Shown: one piece after another, positions 38,669 to 47,863 of the stretch
How the letters are laid out: every line of letters begins with the position of its first letter
Numbering within the stretch: the first letter of the stretch is position 1
NCBI GenBank assembly: GCA_007693605.1
Contig: REDG01000056.1
Span: forward strand, 4,358-68,357
Reading direction: 5' to 3'
Origin: Bradymonadales bacterium
Lineage (GTDB): Bacteria > Bdellovibrionota > UBA2394
DNA length: 64,000 bases
The notes under the pieces: model-generated
Told to the model about the DNA's origin: nothing
What the model saw: the letters and a program-made list of their open reading frames with translations, nothing else
Databases searched by the model: none
Translations under genes and position numbers: made by a program

Positions 38669-39669
38669 TCATGTTAGAGGCATTAGAACTGAATCCGACA
38701 CCCAGACGCCCGGTGTGGATTATGCGACAAGCTGGGCGATATTTGGCTTCCTATCGAAAGCTTCGAGAGAAGCATAGTTTTATGGAGTTTGCCGGCAAAG
38801 CGGAGCTCGCTGTCGAAGTGAGTCTTCTTCCTCTTCGACAATATGAGCTCGATGCTGCGATTGTTTTCTCTGATATTTTGATTCCTTTGCAGGCGACGGG
38901 AGCGACGCTGGAATTCACCGAAAAGGGGCCAGTTCTGGGGGCTCCAAAGACCACAGAAGAATTGCGTACTTTTTCTACGGACTTCGATCCGAAGACGCAC
39001 ACCCCAGTGATTCTAGAAACGCTTTCGATTTTAAGAAAGGAAGTGGCCGCAGAGAAGGCGCTTTTGGGTTTTGCGGGCGCCCCCTTTACAATGTTGAGTT
39101 ATCTTTTGGAAGGAAAGTTGACTCGAGATCTTTCCATTATGAAGAGCTGGATGGCCAACGAGAGGGAGTTGGTTCATGAGTGGCTTGATCGTTTGGCGAC
39201 ATGGATGGGGGGTTATTTGGATGCTCAAGCCGTTGCTGGAGCCAATGCGGTTCAACTTTTTGATACTTGGGCGTCGGTGCTTTCTCCGAAGGACTTTGAA
39301 GAATTCGCTCTTCCTTATGCTCGAAAAGTGGTGAGCGAAGTGACCGTTCCCTGCATTTACTATGTCAATGGAGTGGCGGGGATTTTAGATCAAGCGGCCT
39401 CGGTTGGAGCTCAAGCCCTCAGTATCGATTGGAAAATGGATATTGGAGAGGCCAGAAAGAGAACTTCGCAAGTGATTGCCTTGCAGGGAAATTTAGATCC
39501 CTATCATCTATTGCTTCCGAAAGACCTATTGCGAGAGAAGGTCTTTCAGATTTGTGAGAGCTATGGCCGAGGACCGGGGCATATTCTAAATTTGGGTCAC
39601 GGCATTGTGCCCTCCATTCCGGAAGATCAAGTGAAAGTCTTTGTAGACGCTGTTCATGAGTGGCGCTGA
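38665..39669 (+). CDS. hemE: Uroporphyrinogen decarboxylase
   Basis: PVWIMRQAGRYL, AIVFSDIL, GFAGAPFT..SY, QLFDTW, LQGNLDP, NLGHG. Confidence 0.96.
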   Translation: MIMLEALELNPTPRRPVWIMRQAGRYLASYRKLREKHSFMEFAGKAELAVEVSLLPLRQYELDAAIVFSDILIPLQATGATLEFTEKGPVLGAPKTTEELRTFSTDFDPKTHTPVILETLSILRKEVAAEKALLGFAGAPFTMLSYLLEGKLTRDLSIMKSWMANERELVHEWLDRLATWMGGYLDAQAVAGANAVQLFDTWASVLSPKDFEEFALPYARKVVSEVTVPCIYYVNGVAGILDQAASVGAQALSIDWKMDIGEARKRTSQVIALQGNLDPYHLLLPKDLLREKVFQICESYGRGPGHILNLGHGIVPSIPEDQVKVFVDAVHEWR

Positions 39670-39696
39670 ATCGATCCTGCCACTTCACAACTTTTG

Positions 39697-42288
39697 TTAA
39701 AATGGAGGATGGTGGATCTCAGGCTTCATGGGCTGTCCCAAACTGGACACCACAGTCTGGCAGGCCGCTTTAGTGGTGATTCCGAGCTTCCACACCAGCC
39801 GGCCTCCTTGAATGAGCACCCATCGAAGGCCTAGATAGCTTCCTCCAATTCCGTAGCCGAGAGTGCGAACGGCATTTAGGCTAGGCTGTAAATCTTCAGT
39901 TGAAACTTTTGCCCAACTAGGAGTTCTTCTCTCTCTGATGTTTGCGAGTTTAGCTAAGCTTCTTTCAGTGGCCACCCTTGCGTATTGCAGACCTAGCCCC
40001 CAGCTTCGACTGAATCTCTGTAGGCCATGATTCAGTGAAGCGACTCCATACTTTAGATCGCTGAGCTCATCGAGCCCACTGTTTTGCTGGTAGACATCAA
40101 AAGATTCTCGAGCTTGGAGTTCGTTTCTTCTTCTTTCAAGCTTTTCTTCAGAAATCTTTAATCGTTCCTTCGATTTGTTTCCAAGGCTTCGTTCAAATCC
40201 TTCGATGTTCTGAATACTCGTCAGACCAAGTTTTCCGAGTCTTCTAATGAGTCGATCAAAGCGGCTCAGCTTCTCAGAATTCGAAAGACCCGCAGTTCTT
40301 GTCAATGTATCGGGAATAAGCATCACAAGGTCTTCGGCGTTGGCATAGAAAAAATTGAAAAACTCATAGAGTCTAGATTTCAATCTGTTCCAGCTTTCTT
40401 GATAGTCTTCTTTCTTTCTTAAATTGAAGTGAGCAGAGATTCGAGAGGCTTCAAAGGTGGCGATGGGAATGGCGAGTAAGATCGCCGCCTGGCCGAGGGG
40501 CAGGTGTGCGGACTGGTCTCCCAAATTGACCCAGACTCCAAAATTGACATAGGCAAGAATCTTGAGGGGTAGAGTCAAATAGATCTCGCCAAAATTGTAA
40601 ACGAGCCGGCCCCACTTGAAGGAGAAGTATTGTCCCACGAAGGGAAGTGAGTTGAGAACGGGAATCTTAATCTCTCGAGAAGAGACCCCAGCCTTTTCAG
40701 CCAGTTCATTTGCCACATGGGTTCTTGATTTGACCATAGCGTTGAGTTCAGTGTTGACCAAGACTCGTGCCGTGTTCTCGGGATCCAGCAGAGATCGTTG
40801 GGTGAATAGAGCGGTAAAGGGAATGGCGTAGAGCAGACTCTTCACATATTTTTTCCATTTGATGGTTTTCCTTCGTTCATCAAAGCTTTGTCCTTTCGCT
40901 CGGCTCTCCCAGTGAATCCAGCTATCAATAAAAAAGCCGATGACAAAGGCCCCATAAAATCCCGTAAAAAATGTCGCGGTCCAGACATCTTCCCAAGTTC
41001 GTGTTGAATTTCCGACCACCTCAAGATCGAGATAGCCCACTCCTAAAATCACACCCATCTGAAAGATGGCGCAGATGGCTTGTTCCACAACAATTTTTCC
41101 GTTGGGTTTGTGCATGGTCGCCCACCACCAGAGTTTTGCATAATCCATGCTTTTCTTTGGTGGGCGTTTGTAGGTCTGTACGGCGCTGGTTCTCGTGTAA
41201 CCCACTTCCGTTCCATTCTCATAGAAGATGACAACAGGATCTCTTCCCGTTTCTCCATCCAAGCGCCCTCGCCCCCCCTCGACCATGGCGCGAGCCAAAA
41301 TCTTTCTGAGATGCTTGCTGTCAGGCCTCACTTTGTTCGTATTCACAAAGAGAAAGGCCCGTTCTGAGGCATAGTGAACCAACTTGATGACTTTCACCCC
41401 ATCGGCCTGGGTGATTTCAGCGCGGCCCCAAGCAAATTCGAGCCGGATCTCATCCGACTCGAGTCGAATCAGACTTCGAAATCGATCATTCACGCCCTCT
41501 AAGCTTTCGTCGACCAGACTGGATTGAGACACCCGAGTTCTGGTGGCCTCGTAGCTTTTCTCTAGTGAACGGAACACCTCATCATAGAGTTGTTTCTCGA
41601 CACGACGGCCTTGCTGAAGCATTTCTAAAAAGCCGCTGATCAACTGCTGCTCCCAATACTCTGAGTCCTGACCTTCTAGATCAAAATCAGGCAGTTCTCG
41701 GAGGGCCTCTGAGAGACTTCGATGCATACTCTCAGGGCGGATACTCCAGCGGGGGTTGGTTACCTCCATCAGGGCTTTGGCCTCGCCTGAGATGATAAGG
41801 TGAAGGCTTGAAATGACCGAGATCGTCTTGGCGAACTCAAAATAGCTCGAGTTTTGAAGCTCCGACTCTAGCTCTGGTGCTCTTCGGTGCTTCAGGTCTT
41901 GTCCCGCCGGAAAGGCTCGACTGAGGTCTTGGTGGAGGGCCTTCAGAAGCTCTTTTGGCAGATCAAATATGTCCACACCGTAGAGAAAGTCGGTCATTCG
42001 CCGAATATAGGGATCTTCTAGGGGGTGTAAGTCTCTATGCCGCTGAAAGTCCGTTTCAAGAAATCGACCGCGGTCATTGAGGATGTCCAAGAACTCGTCG
42101 CGAACCTCTGCTTCTTCAATTTCTTGGCTGAGTTCAAGAAGCCTTTCATAAGATAGGGACGGCTTTGATGAAACGGCATCATCATCACCAAGAAGTGGCT
42201 GAAGAAAACAAGGGCTGAGCAGACAAAAGGCGACGAATCGGAAAAGAAAGCGAGGCGGACGCAAAGAGCCGAGACTCAGAATCGCCAC
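39697..42288 (-). CDS. Large hypothetical exported/membrane protein (863 aa)
   Basis: Long ORF with a signal-like N-terminus and several central hydrophobic segments; no motif recognised. Confidence 0.7.
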   Translation of the reverse strand: MAILSLGSLRPPRFLFRFVAFCLLSPCFLQPLLGDDDAVSSKPSLSYERLLELSQEIEEAEVRDEFLDILNDRGRFLETDFQRHRDLHPLEDPYIRRMTDFLYGVDIFDLPKELLKALHQDLSRAFPAGQDLKHRRAPELESELQNSSYFEFAKTISVISSLHLIISGEAKALMEVTNPRWSIRPESMHRSLSEALRELPDFDLEGQDSEYWEQQLISGFLEMLQQGRRVEKQLYDEVFRSLEKSYEATRTRVSQSSLVDESLEGVNDRFRSLIRLESDEIRLEFAWGRAEITQADGVKVIKLVHYASERAFLFVNTNKVRPDSKHLRKILARAMVEGGRGRLDGETGRDPVVIFYENGTEVGYTRTSAVQTYKRPPKKSMDYAKLWWWATMHKPNGKIVVEQAICAIFQMGVILGVGYLDLEVVGNSTRTWEDVWTATFFTGFYGAFVIGFFIDSWIHWESRAKGQSFDERRKTIKWKKYVKSLLYAIPFTALFTQRSLLDPENTARVLVNTELNAMVKSRTHVANELAEKAGVSSREIKIPVLNSLPFVGQYFSFKWGRLVYNFGEIYLTLPLKILAYVNFGVWVNLGDQSAHLPLGQAAILLAIPIATFEASRISAHFNLRKKEDYQESWNRLKSRLYEFFNFFYANAEDLVMLIPDTLTRTAGLSNSEKLSRFDRLIRRLGKLGLTSIQNIEGFERSLGNKSKERLKISEEKLERRRNELQARESFDVYQQNSGLDELSDLKYGVASLNHGLQRFSRSWGLGLQYARVATERSLAKLANIRERRTPSWAKVSTEDLQPSLNAVRTLGYGIGGSYLGLRWVLIQGGRLVWKLGITTKAACQTVVSSLGQPMKPEIHHPPF

Positions 42289-42420
42289 TCGACCACCCCA
42301 AATTGAAGATCCAAATTTCTAGACTTCAAATTCCCACCAACCACACAGTCGAAGTTTTAGCAGTTCCCTCGACTCCTTGTGATTAAGATTCCGTTAGGCT
42401 TGGAATAGCTTTTCGTCAGT

Positions 42421-43335
42421 TTACAAATTCAAAAGAAGGTGCAGCTTTGGCGGCAGCCAATTCCTTTCGATGTCCACCTGAAGAATTCGTTCCAGGCGTT
42501 GTTCTGAGGGGCTCGCTGATTCCACGGGAGAACTGTGGTCTGCGAGAACAGGATTTTCTTGTAGCCGTCTTTCGACCGTTTCTCTAAGCTCTCGGTCTCT
42601 CTCCATTTGAACCCGGAGCTGACGAATAAACTGATTTGCTCGCGCATTAAACTGAGGTGAGGTCAGCAGATAGATCGCATTTCGATATTCCTCTAAACTA
42701 GGAGCTTCAAAACTAGCGTAGGCCAGGTACTCCTCTCGAAGTCGGGCCGCCCAATCGGGACGGTTGCCATATAGAGCGTAAGTGGAGGCAATCAGAAGCA
42801 TATCTCGATGTTCTCTTGAGCTTCGACCCAGATAGCTAAAATAGGGCACAGATTGAAGGTAGAGCTGAGCTTCTAACCCATAGTTGAAGGCCCCCTTTTG
42901 CAAGAGGGTCGGGTTGAGCATTCTTCGCTCAAACATATTCTGAATTCCAAGATTGGCGTATCGAATGGCCTTGACGAGTCGTTCTCGATTAGCGCCCAAA
43001 CGATTATAAACAAAAGCGGTTGAGGCCCAATCATAAAAGAACTGAAAATTAGGGTCTAGATGCAGTATGAGTTCTGTATAGTTTTCTAGATACTTGAGAT
43101 TCGTTCTTGGTCTTAACAGCTCGGCGCCAAAATAATTGACGCCTTCGATCCAAAAGATGTCGGCAGCAGCCAGATCGTAGCCAAAGGCAAAGACCCTCAC
43201 ATACTCAGGGGGAAGAAAGTAGCGGATGTCTAACTCAGAGGCCCGCTCCTTTACTCGTTCGTCTAGCTGATGCTTACTGACGCCATAGCCCCCAAGACAG
43301 AGGGCGATGATCAAAAGCCAAAAAACTCTCTTCAT
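42421..43335 (-). CDS. Membrane-anchored helical-repeat protein resembling pilus-associated PilG/Xap-type proteins of deltaproteobacteria
   Basis: N-terminal TM; FGYD..AAD.FW...VNYFG and LDPNF..FY motifs. Family link is recalled, not verified. Confidence 0.45.
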   Translation of the reverse strand: MKRVFWLLIIALCLGGYGVSKHQLDERVKERASELDIRYFLPPEYVRVFAFGYDLAAADIFWIEGVNYFGAELLRPRTNLKYLENYTELILHLDPNFQFFYDWASTAFVYNRLGANRERLVKAIRYANLGIQNMFERRMLNPTLLQKGAFNYGLEAQLYLQSVPYFSYLGRSSREHRDMLLIASTYALYGNRPDWAARLREEYLAYASFEAPSLEEYRNAIYLLTSPQFNARANQFIRQLRVQMERDRELRETVERRLQENPVLADHSSPVESASPSEQRLERILQVDIERNWLPPKLHLLLNL

Positions 43336-43434
43336 GCCCCCTCATTCTAGCGCCCTCCGGAAGCTTGTCTCAAGCTTTCCCTTGAGGAGATGTCCCCAGA
43401 GAGGATAATCATGTAACCTGGAACTTGAAGACGA

Positions 43435-43656
43435 ATGAAGGACTATCATATCAACATCTTTTATAGTGAAGAAGACGGCGGTTATATCGCTGACATTCCA
43501 GACTTGGAGGCCTGCTCTGCCTTTGGCAAGTCCGCCAGTGAAGCCCTTGCTGAAGTTGAGATAGCAAAGTCGGCTTGGCTGGAGGCAGCGAAGGAAGAGG
43601 GTAAGTCAATTCCCAAAGCTAGGTATCGACCCCTGATCTATCAGGCGGTTTCTTAA
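43435..43656 (+). CDS. hicB: HicB-family antitoxin (short, orphan)
   Basis: YSEEDGGYIADIPDL.ACSAFG....EAL.....A..AWLE......K.IP. Confidence 0.85.
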   Translation: MKDYHINIFYSEEDGGYIADIPDLEACSAFGKSASEALAEVEIAKSAWLEAAKEEGKSIPKARYRPLIYQAVS

Positions 43657-43663
43657 TCTTTGT

Positions 43664-43893
43664 GGGAGTGTCGCTAAAGACCCGTCTGCCCCGACACTCT
43701 GGTCGACCTTCGGTCGACCTGGTTTGAGGATGGCTGCAACGCTCCTTTCCCGCGTTGCAGTGGCGGCTGCGTAGCGCATCTGGGCCCTTATCGCCACTCC
43801 CGAATCAAGAGTTTGGCGACAGTCCCTTTGTGTGACCAAATGTTTGGGGACTGAGCCGCCTTTCAAAGCAGATTGGCCTTCAACGCCAGTCCC
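43664..43893. mobile_element. MITE/REPIN-like cluster: 138-bp element with 26-bp imperfect terminal inverted repeats plus two further units
   Basis: gggagtgtcgctaaagacccgtctgc (43664-43689) and gcatctgggcccttatcgccactccc (43776-43801) enclose hairpins ggtcgacc-ttc-ggtcgacc and gctgcaacgc...gcgttgcagt; extra units at 43808-43826 and 43868-43893. Confidence 0.65.
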
Positions 43894-43955
43894 TAAAACC
43901 CTCTTTTCAAATCTTCTAGGCTTTTGGGCAGGGGCCGAGTTATCCTCTAGTTCAG

Positions 43956-44393
43956 ATGCTTCGGCTGATCCTATCTCTCTTTGTTTTACTGCCCGCCTTT
44001 GGGGGTTGCCAGTCGGCCAATCGAGCGGCTCAGTTGGATGAATCTGTTCGCGGTTACACCTTGGCACTTCGACGTTCCGATCAACAGGTGGCGGCCCAAT
44101 TTGTTGAGCCCAGAGCTCGAAACGACTTTCTCAGTAGCTTTCGAGAATTAGACCGGTATCATTTTTCGGATATTCAGGTTGGCTTTGTTTCGCCAACCGA
44201 AGATATGGAGCAGGCCATTGTCAGTCTCGATATCGAATACTTTTCGCCGACCGGAATGCAGCTCTACCAAGTCCAAAGATTTTTCAATTGGACTTACGAT
44301 CGAGACTCCAAGCGATGGCTCCTCTCAGAGAGGCACCCGCTGGGGCAGAGTCAGGCAGGGCCCTTATCACCAGGCCCCAGGGACTCGCGCTAA
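43956..44393 (+). CDS. Putative lipoprotein
   Basis: Lipobox-like LPAFGG-C; short alpha/beta (NTF2-like) body. Confidence 0.65.
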   Translation: MLRLILSLFVLLPAFGGCQSANRAAQLDESVRGYTLALRRSDQQVAAQFVEPRARNDFLSSFRELDRYHFSDIQVGFVSPTEDMEQAIVSLDIEYFSPTGMQLYQVQRFFNWTYDRDSKRWLLSERHPLGQSQAGPLSPGPRDSR

Positions 44394-44430
44394 AGACCTC
44401 TCTGCTTTTGTGCGGCAAAGCATCGCTTCT
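44355..44430. repeat. Dispersed repeat copies overlapping the lipoprotein 3' end
   Basis: gcagggcccttatcaccaggccc (reverse unit) then gggactcgcgcTAAagacctctctgc (44380-44405, forward unit). Confidence 0.65.
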
Positions 44431-44456
44431 CGAACGAACTAGCTTAGGGATCTAGC

Positions 44457-44882
44457 TTAGAATGGGATGTCTTCGTCAGCCGCTGACTGAGAAGCTTGTT
44501 CTGGCATGGGCATGCTTGAAGAGTCCATATTGCTCGTCGATCTAGAATCCCCTGCCTTGTCAAGAAACTGCACCGTATTGGCAACCACTTCTGTGGTGTA
44601 TCGTTTGTTGCCATCTTTGTCGTCCCATTGGCGAGTCTGAAGCCGCCCCTCAATATAGGCCTGGCGACCTTTGCTCAGGTATTGAGCGCAGTTCTCTGCC
44701 TGTTTTCCCCAAACGACAATTCGATGCCATTCGGTTCGCTCCTGTTTCTGACCCTCTTTGTCCGTCCAGTTTTCAGAGGTGGCAATATTAAAATTTGCAA
44801 CGGCGGCCCCTGAGCCCGTAAAACGAATCTCAGGATCGGCCCCGAGCCGTCCAACCAAAATTACTTTATTCACTCCAGACAT
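44457..44882 (-). CDS. ssb: Single-stranded DNA-binding protein
   Basis: [34 protein letters not shown]-terminal DEDIPF; SD AGGAGG. Confidence 0.97.
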   Translation of the reverse strand: MSGVNKVILVGRLGADPEIRFTGSGAAVANFNIATSENWTDKEGQKQERTEWHRIVVWGKQAENCAQYLSKGRQAYIEGRLQTRQWDDKDGNKRYTTEVVANTVQFLDKAGDSRSTSNMDSSSMPMPEQASQSAADEDIPF

Positions 44883-44948
44883 CGACAAACCTCCTTTAAA
44901 AGCTGTTTTACGAATGCTTGGCATTGAAAACGGCTCATGTAAAGTCTT

Positions 44949-45770
44949 TTGGGAGTGCTCGATTTTATTCGCCTACTAAAAAGCTCTGTGATTATTGTAA
45001 GCCTGACTCTTGTTTGCGCGCTGATCGTGCTCGTCGTTGGCTTTTTGGGCTTGATTTCAGGCAAACGGGTGGGACCAGGAGATTCCTTTGGCTTTGCGGC
45101 TCGGGTGAGGCGCTGGTGGGCCAGCGCAATTCTTTTTCTTCACGGCATTAGAATCCAGGTCGACGGTCCAGGCAAGGCCGAGCTTTTGTCTCCTGAGGGC
45201 TTGATCATTACCAGCAACCATCAGTCGGCTCTCGACATCTTTGTGAGCAGCCTGGTTTGTCCGAACAACTCCTTTTTCTTGGCTAAGCGGGAACTGCTCC
45301 TCATTCCATTTTTCGGATGGGCGGCGGCTCTGGGGCATACCGTCTTCGTTGATCGTAGACAGGGAGTAAAAGACGAGGCGGCCATTGAATCTGTCCGAAA
45401 GCTCTTAGCCCGAGGGGACAACCTGATCATTTACCCAGAGGGAACTCGATCGCGATCTCGAAAAATGGGGAAATTCAAGCGAGGAGCCTTTGTGATGGCC
45501 ATTCAACTTCAAAAGGCCGTTTTGCCCATGAGCATTCAGAATTCGATCGATCTGACCGGTCGCTTTCAGCTCTCGCTTAGGCCGGGTGTGCTGAGAGTAT
45601 GGATCGATCGACCGGTGCCCGTCAGCGGTCTTTCGCTAGAGGACCGCTTTGACTTGGCCGAAAAACTTCAGAAGATCATTCAATCAAATCTGGAAAGCTC
45701 AAGTGAAGGCTCGGCTTTGGAATCAAAACTAGATCAAAGCTCAGAAAAATTAGAAACTGGGGTGTCATGA
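44949..45770 (+). CDS. plsC: 1-acyl-sn-glycerol-3-phosphate acyltransferase family
   Basis: NHQSALD, AKRELL.IPFFG, FVDR, YPEGTRS, FKRGAF. Confidence 0.85.
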   Translation: MGVLDFIRLLKSSVIIVSLTLVCALIVLVVGFLGLISGKRVGPGDSFGFAARVRRWWASAILFLHGIRIQVDGPGKAELLSPEGLIITSNHQSALDIFVSSLVCPNNSFFLAKRELLLIPFFGWAAALGHTVFVDRRQGVKDEAAIESVRKLLARGDNLIIYPEGTRSRSRKMGKFKRGAFVMAIQLQKAVLPMSIQNSIDLTGRFQLSLRPGVLRVWIDRPVPVSGLSLEDRFDLAEKLQKIIQSNLESSSEGSALESKLDQSSEKLETGVS

Positions 45771-47029
45771 CCCGCTGCCTTGTATTCTTTGTCGGCCTTT
45801 GCTTGTTGAGTTCTGGCTTTGTCGGGGCAGAGAACCGGGTGCGCCGCGTTGCGTTAATCGACTTAAATTCTGACGACCTAGATGAGGGAGATCGCTTTCA
45901 GTTTCTGGATCGATTGGCCGACCAACTGGGTCGAGGTCGTGACTTTGTGTTGGTCTCGCGACAAGAGATTCAGCAGCGACTGTTGAGGCCCCATCCACGA
46001 GTGGGCGAGAGACAAGAGTTCTTTCAAGAGGTCAGCAAAAGATGGTCCCGACTAGAGCCTCAGATTCTCAGGCTTTCTGAACTCTATCTCGCCTCTCAGT
46101 TTGCAGAGGTGGTGTCTTCAGCCGAGAGAATTTGGTTAGAGCTGCCGTTGGTTGGAGACCAACTCGGAGCTCAAGACTTGATTGACTTTGTTGCGGTTTG
46201 GGCGGCATCTCTTTGGTTTCTCGAAAGAGAGACGGAGCTTCGTCAGGTTCTAGAGATGCTTTGGAGCATTCTGGATCGAGCTTCGCTGGGCGATCGATTT
46301 CCTCCTGACTTTATAGAGGTCGTTGAGAACCATCGGCGCCGTTTTCAGCCTAAACGGCGCACAGTCAATATTCAGGTGAATCCCGTCTCGGCAAGCTTTC
46401 GGCTTTTTGGCCAAAGGCTTGAGTATCAACGAGGGGCGTTGAAGCTCCCCGATTCCGAATACTTTTCGCCAAACACTCCCATTCTAGTGGATGCTCCCGA
46501 TCACATTCCTCAGTGGGTGTCGATTCGAGAGCTGTCTGAAGATCTCAGCTTAGAGTCTGTAGAGTCTCAAGCGCGTGCGGTGGGTTCTTTGTTTCGAGTT
46601 CTCCATGCGCAAACGGCCCCCTTCGCTTTGATTGAGATTGGCGAGTTGGTTGGGGCGGATGTGATTTTACTGATGAACTTGAGTCTTCGTGGCGAAGGCT
46701 TTTACGAGTCAGAGGCCCAATGGTTAGAACTGAGTACGGGTCGAAGGTCTTTGGTCGTCGATGCCAGAGCCCGAACGATCGATGCATTAATTGAGATTGT
46801 CTCTTCTAAGTTGAAGCTGCTGATTCGAGACAACGCCAGGGTCTTGAGTCCTTCTCAAGCCATTGAGGAGGTTCCTCTTTTTCGTGACAGAGAGGCTTCA
46901 AAAACAAATTTGCTTAACCAGTGGTGGTTCTGGACGCTTGTGGGGGCCGGAATCATTGGAACTGGGGCAGGAGCTTATTTCTTGTTGAAGCCAGACCAAA
47001 GAACGCGATTGAATGTGACATGGGAGTAA
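45767..47029 (+). CDS. Exported hypothetical protein with C-terminal WWFWT-TM segment
   Basis: Signal peptide; ends LNQWWFWTLVGAGIIGTGAGAYFLL...RLNVTWE. Confidence 0.7.
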   Translation: MTRCLVFFVGLCLLSSGFVGAENRVRRVALIDLNSDDLDEGDRFQFLDRLADQLGRGRDFVLVSRQEIQQRLLRPHPRVGERQEFFQEVSKRWSRLEPQILRLSELYLASQFAEVVSSAERIWLELPLVGDQLGAQDLIDFVAVWAASLWFLERETELRQVLEMLWSILDRASLGDRFPPDFIEVVENHRRRFQPKRRTVNIQVNPVSASFRLFGQRLEYQRGALKLPDSEYFSPNTPILVDAPDHIPQWVSIRELSEDLSLESVESQARAVGSLFRVLHAQTAPFALIEIGELVGADVILLMNLSLRGEGFYESEAQWLELSTGRRSLVVDARARTIDALIEIVSSKLKLLIRDNARVLSPSQAIEEVPLFRDREASKTNLLNQWWFWTLVGAGIIGTGAGAYFLLKPDQRTRLNVTWE

Positions 47030-47031
47030 GT

Positions 47032-47853
47032 ATGAGGGATTTGATTCTGGGATTGCTGGTGGTGAATTTGGCCTTGGGTGGCAGCGGAGAGCTGCTGGCT
47101 CGCAACTTAGAGAACTTTAGGCAAACGAATCAGCGGGCTGCTCTTCTCGGAATTCAAAATGAGTTTGTAGACACGAATTTAGAAGAAGCAGTCAATCGAG
47201 AGCTGAGGCGAAACATCAACCGCTACACCACTTCTTACGCCTTGTCCGATGTGAGCAACTTTCGACTCGCCAATAATCCAGGAGGGCAGTTTTTTCGACC
47301 GAATGCACGACTCGAAGAGCCCCAGACCAATTTTTTAACTCGGGCCGCCGAAGAAAACGAGATTGATCTGATTGTCTTGGCCGCTATTCGAGAGGGTTCC
47401 GTTGGTTTAGATCTTGAACTTCAAATTTTTGATGCTCGCATCATGACTCTATCTGGAGTGGAGTCTGCTTCATTCTCTTTTAATCAGAGAGTGTCTGCGA
47501 TTGAAGATCTCGTTTACCGCATATTTGATTATCTCGACCGAGAGGGTTTTGTGCACCCAACCCGACAGGGTTTTCTTCAAAGACCCACGGCCTTGGGCGG
47601 AACTCGTTCTCCCGCAGACTTCGATCTAGCGGGCGGAGATGACTTTTTTCTTCTGCCCAGAGATCTGTCCGGACCCAGCTTAGCGGGTCGAGTTTCTGTT
47701 GGTGGTGACAAGACCCCGTTTTGGGAAGAGTGGTGGTTTTGGACCTTAGTCTTTGGCGGAATTGCGCTGGCGAGTGGGATGTCCTACTACTTTTTGGTGG
47801 AGAGACGACCTCCCAGCCGATCGTCTGTGGTGTTTAAGTTCGAAAACCCTTGA
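47032..47853 (+). CDS. Exported hypothetical protein with C-terminal WWFWT-TM segment
   Basis: Start ATG 47032 (SD GGAG) gives a signal peptide; ends PFWEEWWFWTLVFGGIALASGMSYYFL...SVVFKFENP. Confidence 0.7.
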   Translation: MRDLILGLLVVNLALGGSGELLARNLENFRQTNQRAALLGIQNEFVDTNLEEAVNRELRRNINRYTTSYALSDVSNFRLANNPGGQFFRPNARLEEPQTNFLTRAAEENEIDLIVLAAIREGSVGLDLELQIFDARIMTLSGVESASFSFNQRVSAIEDLVYRIFDYLDREGFVHPTRQGFLQRPTALGGTRSPADFDLAGGDDFFLLPRDLSGPSLAGRVSVGGDKTPFWEEWWFWTLVFGGIALASGMSYYFLVERRPPSRSSVVFKFENP

Positions 47854-47863
47854 GACTCTTGGT

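Noticed and set aside
43664..43893. CRISPR array or integron attC interpretation of the repeat cluster
   Set aside because: Units are in mixed orientation and irregularly spaced; no cas or intI gene is present and no RYYYAAC/GTTRRRY ends were seen
43606..44067. 153-aa minus-strand ORF as a possible HicA toxin or transposase
   Set aside because: It is a translation of the repeat cluster overlapping two real genes, with no HicA or transposase motifs
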